64,000 nt of DNA from the human T2T-CHM13v2.0 reference genome, Homo sapiens: the NCBI RefSeq assembly GCF_009914755.1, contig NC_060925.1, one strand, 5' to 3'. The stretch's first letter is position 1; every line of letters begins with the position of its first letter. This document shows, piece after piece, positions 56,981 through 64,000 of this stretch. The notes below the pieces were generated by a model. That model was given only the letters and a program-made list of their open reading frames with translations. It was not told the DNA's origin and searched no databases. Made by a program: the position numbers and the translations under genes.

Positions 56981-58364
56981 AAAGGCAGGTTTTTAAAGGG
57001 TCGCACAGCAGTGCATATGCTACTTAAAATGAGATTATTATTCTTCATTCTTAGAATGCCAGTTGGTTTTGTTGGTTGATAAATTCCCAATTACTCGTAT
57101 TCACGAGTGCAACATTGATGATGAATCTGACATCCCTTCATAACTTAAGAATCATTAGTATGACTGCCCCATGGAGGCATACTGTTCTATCTCAGGTTTA
57201 TTTCAATAATAAAACCTTTGGAAATTTTAATAATGAAACCTACTTAAGACCCTTTGCTTAAGAAGTCTGAATCACTGATCACTGCAATTACTGCCATGGC
57301 AGCTGTAGAGCAATTTAACAGGATAATAGTGAATAAGATAAATTACACTTCAGATTCTTAATGGATTGATGTGCAGAAGTATGCAAGGGAAGATGGGGGT
57401 GGGAGAGGAGCGCCTTTAAAATTTCAGCACACAGTAATAAAATAGGGAACTGGGCCATTGTAGCCGTTACTACTAGGAGTTAGTAATCTCGTACAAACCT
57501 CTGGGGCTCTGTGGTGGGTAGAATGTCCTGTTTATTATAGACAACAAATTGGGTTAATTCTCTTGTTTGTGTGCCTCTGTGGAGTGGGTGGAAATTCTAG
57601 GTGACTTGCTAATTGTCTTATTTGGAATACTCCCATTTCTACTAAAGAATTAGTATCTTTGGTATAAAAATAAGGAGGCAGACCAGTTTTACAAATAGCT
57701 GCTGGCCAGGAGAATAACAGTTTCTGCCAGGTGAGCAGTTAAAAAAAAGGCAGACTGGAAAAATAACTGTGGAATGGTGTTTCTTATTTACAAGGCTAAC
57801 ATAAAGTCTCCCTGTGTGTTGGGGATGGGGGAGGGGACGGATTGGCTAAGAAGTAAGTACAGTGCTTGCTTTGTATGTCCCTCGATTTGTGTTTAGGGGA
57901 GAATAGTGAGGATGTGGTCATACGGGTAGGCGTGGGGCCCGAGGAAGGGGTCCAAGGAAGCAAATCCAGGAGACTTGGCTGCAGTTCTACCCTTATGGAC
58001 ATTCCTTGGCACTTGGTCACATTGTGGACACCTCAATATCTGCTGGGTATTGATCTTGTATACCTTCATTCTCAGTACAAAACCCTTAGCACCCATTATC
58101 TCATTCTTCCCCACCAAAGCCCTTGGAGATGAAGAGCAGGAGAATGAAGTCTTTTCTCTCTTAATGTTTAATCAGCATTAACGCACCTTTAAGTGCCATT
58201 GGATTTAGAGCAGTGTTGTTATTAAAGCAAACTAAATTGTCTTGAAGTGTAGAAAGCACTTTTAGAAAAAGAAGCAAGGTTAGGCTGAGAGAACAAGACA
58301 GATGAAGTTACTCCTCTGAGCTGGAAAAGATCTTGTGTCAAAGGAGGAAGCCTCAGAGATAATC

Positions 58365-58565
58365 TGGGCCAGAAGATTCTGTGTTCAAATCCTGGTTCTG
58401 CCTCTTGGTCAAGTTATATAACCTCCGATTTATAATTATTTAAATCTGTAAAGTAAAGAGAGTGATATCTACCATGCAGTGTTTTTGTTTTTTTTTTTTG
58501 AAATGATTAAATGAGATAATAGAAATAAAGTTGGCCCTCAATAGGTGGTAGCTGATACTATTAAT
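58365..58565. mobile_element. MIR SINE
   Basis: GTTCAAATCCTGGTTCTGCC...TCTGTAAAGT...GATTAAATGAGATAAT. Confidence 0.7.
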
Positions 58566-59519
58566 ATTATTAACAGAGGGTCTTCTAAAGAATCTCATGA
58601 TAGTTTTGGAGCAAAGGAAGGCACTCTCTTTTACATGAGGAGATTGGTACTTCTGGCAGTAAATCAAGAGGGCTGCCTTTAGGGTTGGGAAGCATATTGA
58701 CAGTATTGGAGGAAGGTATTAGTTGCCATGGCAACTTGGGAATTCATTTGGAGGGAGAGTTGTGACTGGAGGTTATCTCACTGTAAGAGACTGACTGGTG
58801 GAGATTAAAAAAAAAAAAAGCTTGTCTGGCAGGAATGAAATCTTGCTTGCTGTATATCTGCAGGAAATACCAAGAGATGTGCTCTAGAGAAAGTTCCAAA
58901 CATGAGTCAGAATGATGTGCAGGCCTTCTTCGGTAATGGGTGGTTGTGTCTTAGTGGGCCTAAATGCTGCCACCAGTTGATTGCTTTTGTTCGCATGTAT
59001 TACTTTGGTAAAAAAATAAATGTATGAATGGGATTTCAGTGAACAGGGTTTTATCGTGGGTTTTTTTTTTTTTTTGTCTTCTGAAAACATGACGTCAAAT
59101 TGTTGGATATTTTCCTACAGTTGATTTAGTCCCCAAGAAGGTTTTAGTAAAAGAGCATGAATACAGAGCGTACCTGAATCATTTACCTTGTTCCTAAGGT
59201 AAATGACATAAGGAATACAAGTATTTCCTTTTGATTGGGCAATTAAGACTTTTTTTTTTCCTATAAAGGTTCTCCTGATAGTGCCACTTGATTACTGATT
59301 TTGAAAAGCCTCTTGGTATGATGTACTTAATGTCCATTGTTAGTTTGTCTGCTTGTTTAGTACATCTGCTGTTATCTGTTACCTTCTGATTGCAGCCTTG
59401 CCTGGAAACAGGGCTGGACCAAATGAACCCCTTAAAACAGCAAGATTCTGGAGTCGCTATTTAATTTTTTACAGGCTTCCAGTGCTTACTCACATCTATT
59501 TCCTTCCTTCCCTTTCAAG

Positions 59520-59825
59520 TTAGGGGTACCATTTGACTTGCATTGGCCAGCAAAATGTGGCCATACATGGCAATTCTGGGCAGAAGCAGTTGCCAGTATG
59601 GGACAGTTCAGTGCTCTCTTTTCTTGCCTTGGTGATGGTGAAAGTTTGTGAGCAGGTGGAACCTCTGTCAATCTGAGCTCTTGAACTACAATGATGGACA
59701 GATTGCCCCTCCCTGACCCTTGTTGGACACACAGCATAAAAAATAAATGAGCTTTTGTGAGGTTAAGCCACTGAAATTTTGGGGGTTAGTTGTTCATGCA
59801 GCAGAACCCAGCCCATTCTTACTGC
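59520..59825 (+). mobile_element. Old MaLR LTR (MLT1-type)
   Basis: TGACTTGCATTGGCCAGCAAAATGTG...TTAAGCCACTGAAATTTTGGGGGTTAGTTGTT..GCAGCA. Confidence 0.8.
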
Positions 59826-59834
59826 CTTAATAGT

Positions 59835-60030
59835 CATTTAATACATACGTATTGAGTATTTAACTTTGTGCTGGGCACTGTTAGGTTGGGTATATAACAG
59901 TGAACAACACAGAAGTCTCTTCTCTAATGGAGATTACATCTATGAGGGAGACATAATAAATAAACAAAGATAATTAAATATTGAGATAAGTGCTATAAAA
60001 GAAAATAAACAAGATCATGTGATAGAAAAA
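59835..60030 (-). mobile_element. L2 3' end
   Basis: TCATTTAATACATACGTATTGAGTATTTAACTTTGTGCTGGGCACTGTT... Confidence 0.7.
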
Positions 60031-62421
60031 TCTCCAAAGAACAAAGAGGCTATGAGAAGGAAATGGGAATCCCCCAGGACTCTTATTAATGACTTTTAAT
60101 ATTTCCCTATATGTCTTAAGACTCTGGATACTTCTAGAGTAGTTTCTTATGCCTTGGAAAGGGGATAACACTGAAGGCAAGAAAGCAATGTGTTGTATTA
60201 CTTGGTAGCATGTGACAAAATTAAATAACTAGTGTACTCCAAAATAAATGACAACCGAGAATGATATTAGTTTGCTCTGCATCTTTAGAAACTCATTAGT
60301 GTCCCGCTGGGTTTAGTGGAAGATGAAATCTGAGCTTTGTTTATGTGCTGTGTTAAGCCCCTCCCCGAGGGCATCCATCTTCAGCATTCAGACTTTCCAG
60401 AGATCTAGTTGCTTAGTAGGTACTGATCCAGTTTAATTGTATTAACCAGACTCTCACACTGGGGAGAAGTGGAATGCAAATTGATGCATAATGCTTATAT
60501 CTTGCATAATATAATTTTGGAAGGAAATAGAATGATAACATATTTCCTTAAATCTTAAATGCTCTCCAGTGAAAACTTTGAGAATGGTTATAACTTTTCT
60601 GGAAGAAACATAGGGATAGAGCTCAGGTCTGATCATTGAGGAACATTAGGTTCAGTGCCAGTTGGCAATGATGATTTACTTTGTGTGACCGTAAGAAATC
60701 TCTTGGTACGAGGGTGGGCAGCACCTATTCTGCCTTGATAGGAAGAAATGAGAAAAGTGTTACTTGGGAGTTGTAATGGGGAAAGGAGAGCTTTATCTGC
60801 TTTTCTTTTCTTCCTTTTCTTTGGGGCAAACCAAAGCAATGAGAATAGGAGAAGGTCAGGAGAGGAGGCATGTCTAAATGACAGTTATAAGGAAGAATCA
60901 ATTCATTCAAAAACTTTGGGCACTGAAAGAGTATGGGCTGTTTAATTCTATGTCCAAACTGGGAAACATGCTTTTGCTACTGCAATGAAGGGAATTCAGA
61001 GTGATGTGCATGGTGACATTTGCCCCTCATCCATCAAGCCAGTCTTATGATCATCCCTGGAGGAAGATTGAGAATCTCTAAACTGGGGCTCAGATTTTTC
61101 TTTCTGTCTCGAATATTTTAGTCATCTCATGTTGGCACATACTCTAAAAATCTGATCTGGGTGAAACTCCAGGGAAGTAGGAAAAATTGATCAAAGTAAG
61201 AACAGCATTGAAGACACACACATCCTTGCAAATATATGGGTTTATTGATACAGTGTAAATTTCCGTGCCAGGACACATGCCAACAGTTTAATGATGTGTA
61301 TATAGCAAAGTCCCTTGTTAACCCCATTCAGAAACTCTAAAATGAGTTGCAAGGCTGAAAGTATTGAAGCCAAAGGCCAAAAACAATGATCATGTTACCT
61401 AGGATCTCATGAATAATTCAGCTGAGTTTAATGCTTTTTCCATGGTGAAACTAAAAAGCTGAAATATTTGGCATAATGTAGACAAATTGTACCCCGCTTC
61501 CTTTTGGGAGGATGGTTGGTCATGAGGAATGTAAGGAAGGGTGGAGAAAAATAAGGAATCTTTTCATATTTGTTTTAACCAAATATATGGAATCTCTCAA
61601 CATTCCACCTCTAAAGAAGTAAAAATATAAAAATTCAAGTTGGGGATTTAAAGATGTTCTCTTTGAATGTTCATTAATAGCTGAAGATTTGGGCTTGAGA
61701 GGCACTTAGAAAATTGCTCCTAAAGTCCTAGAAAGACGGTCACAGAAATACCAAGAGAGAAGGAATGCTTGATATTCTTGGTGATAGGAATCACCAAGAA
61801 TAGTGTATTGGTCTGTTTCAGAAAAATAATAGTAATTAGAGATGAACAAAAGAGCATGTGGATATTTTTGAAAGTTGTGTGCAAATTGAATTACTGTAAA
61901 TCTAATCATAATTTCAAGGCATTTAGAAAAGCATTATAACAAAACCTGCCAGAAGATTAGAATTATTTTTCATAAAGTGAACGTGTTTTTTTCTCTCCAG
62001 CTTAATTTTTAAACCTAGGTTTTGGTATATTGATTTAACTTAAATTGAGACCTCTGCCATTCAGGGGATAAAGCTCTGGACATTCTACATCCTTAGACTT
62101 CAGTTCTTGCCTCTTAAATAGGTAAACTCTCCTATTTCTTTCTACTTTTCTCCTAAAAACAATGAGAAGATAAGCAAGTTAATAGAATCTAAGAATGTTT
62201 GAGCTGGAAGGTGCTTAGAGATCATCTAGTGCAGGTCACTCATTTGACTGAAACTAAGACCTAAAGAGGTTATGTGACTCTTCAGAGTCTCCAGTTATAA
62301 ACGAGAAGGCAAATTATTATGAGTAGGGCAAACATAACTCAAAGAAGGCATTCTTTTTATTAAAAAATATGGGAAAGGAAACAGACCTGGCTGGCATGGC
62401 CCATTGTTTTCATTCTCTATG

Positions 62422-62721
<300 letters not shown>

Positions 62722-63012
62722 CTTCTGTATTTTTTATTGCTTAAAATATGATGAGATGCCTGGACATTCAGCTGCCATCTTGTGATGTAAAGTGCTGTGT
62801 TAACTCACTGAAGAAAAATAGATGGAGCCCTGCATCCTTAATGACAATCATCAAGCTGCCTTACCAGCTATGCTTGTCCCTCCTCCAGGTTTCTTCATTG
62901 GAGGTCTTCTTCTGGATATCATGGACAATATAATTCCATAAGGAATAATCCAAAATTGGGACAAAATTTTGGTAATCTGTTTGAAGTCAGTGGAGAGCTA
63001 ACAAAGCAGTAG

Positions 63013-63449
<437 letters not shown>

Positions 63450-63719
63450 ACTTTCAAACATTCATGGCGCTAGAGGCTCAAAATTTAGGACCTGCCAAGG
63501 AGAGTGGGCCGTGGCAAATATCTTTGGCTTTGGGTTGCTATTCTGAGGTGCTGAACTTTAGGATCGAGTATGAACGGAAAATTGACTAGCCCTCATAGAG
63601 ACTGAGGCCCAGCTTCATACCCTCTCATTCCCTGACTGGGTTAAGGATCTTGATTGGATGGCCAGTTTTCTTAGCTCCATCTCAGAAGCAAAGGACGATC
63701 CTCTTGGAGAAGTCTTAAA

Positions 63720-64000
63720 TTATTTCTCTAATTTCTATATTTTTTCATATAAAATGTCCAGTATGCAGTTAAAAACAGCCAGGCATATGAGGTAACATAA
63801 CAAAATAATTTGAAACTAAGAGATGTAATAAATAATAGAAACAGATCCACAGAGTATCCAGATAATGGAGTCATCAGGTATGGATTTAAAAATAACTTTT
63901 CAAAATATGTTTAAGGGTAAGATAAAAACAAGATATATTATTTTGGCAGAGAACTGGAAATTCAAAACTGGATAAAGTGACAAATATAAAACTAAAAATA
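63720..64000 (+). mobile_element. Probable old L1 5'/ORF1-region fragment
   Basis: A-rich; AAACAGATCCACAGAGTATCCAGATAATGGAGTCATCAG...AAAATAACT...AATATGTTTAAG resembles L1M ORF1 upstream sequence. Confidence 0.55.

Noticed and set aside
57110-57275. TGATGA...CTGA as a possible C/D box snoRNA
   Set aside because: No terminal stem or recognisable rRNA/snRNA antisense element; such motifs are common by chance.
59083-59097. 14-mer GAAAACATGACGTC identical to the SRGAP2 start context, within a full CRE (TGACGTCA)
   Set aside because: Similarity does not extend on either side, and a 14-mer match within 64 kb is plausible by chance. An isolated CRE alone is weak evidence.

Overview
Primate, most likely human, genomic DNA: Alu-rich, with one CpG island at the left end. 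The window holds the 5' end of an SRGAP2-family gene on the + strand. I cannot tell SRGAP2 from its human-specific duplicates SRGAP2B/C/D by eye. A CpG-island promoter region (about 40-2080) matches the head-to-head FAM72/SRGAP2 arrangement, but no FAM72 coding sequence is visible. A spliced exon (1616-2224) carries a 542-nt GC-rich 5' UTR and the first 67 coding nt (MTSPAKFKKDKEIIAEYDTQVK). The remaining ~62 kb is one very large phase-1 intron filled with about 25 Alu elements or fragments, L1, L2, MIR, MaLR LTRs, MER2 and MER58 DNA transposons and microsatellites. Most ORFs in the supplied track are repeat-derived or GC-rich noise. The most notable observation is in the 5' UTR: four AUG uORFs, three of them chained by overlapping stop-start pentamers (TGATG, TAATG), plus a GUG uORF in strong Kozak context. 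Other candidates are cryptic poison exons, enhancer motif clusters, a template-switch-like hairpin and a possible degenerate Gypsy-like relic. Repeat boundaries and subfamilies are approximate, read by eye.
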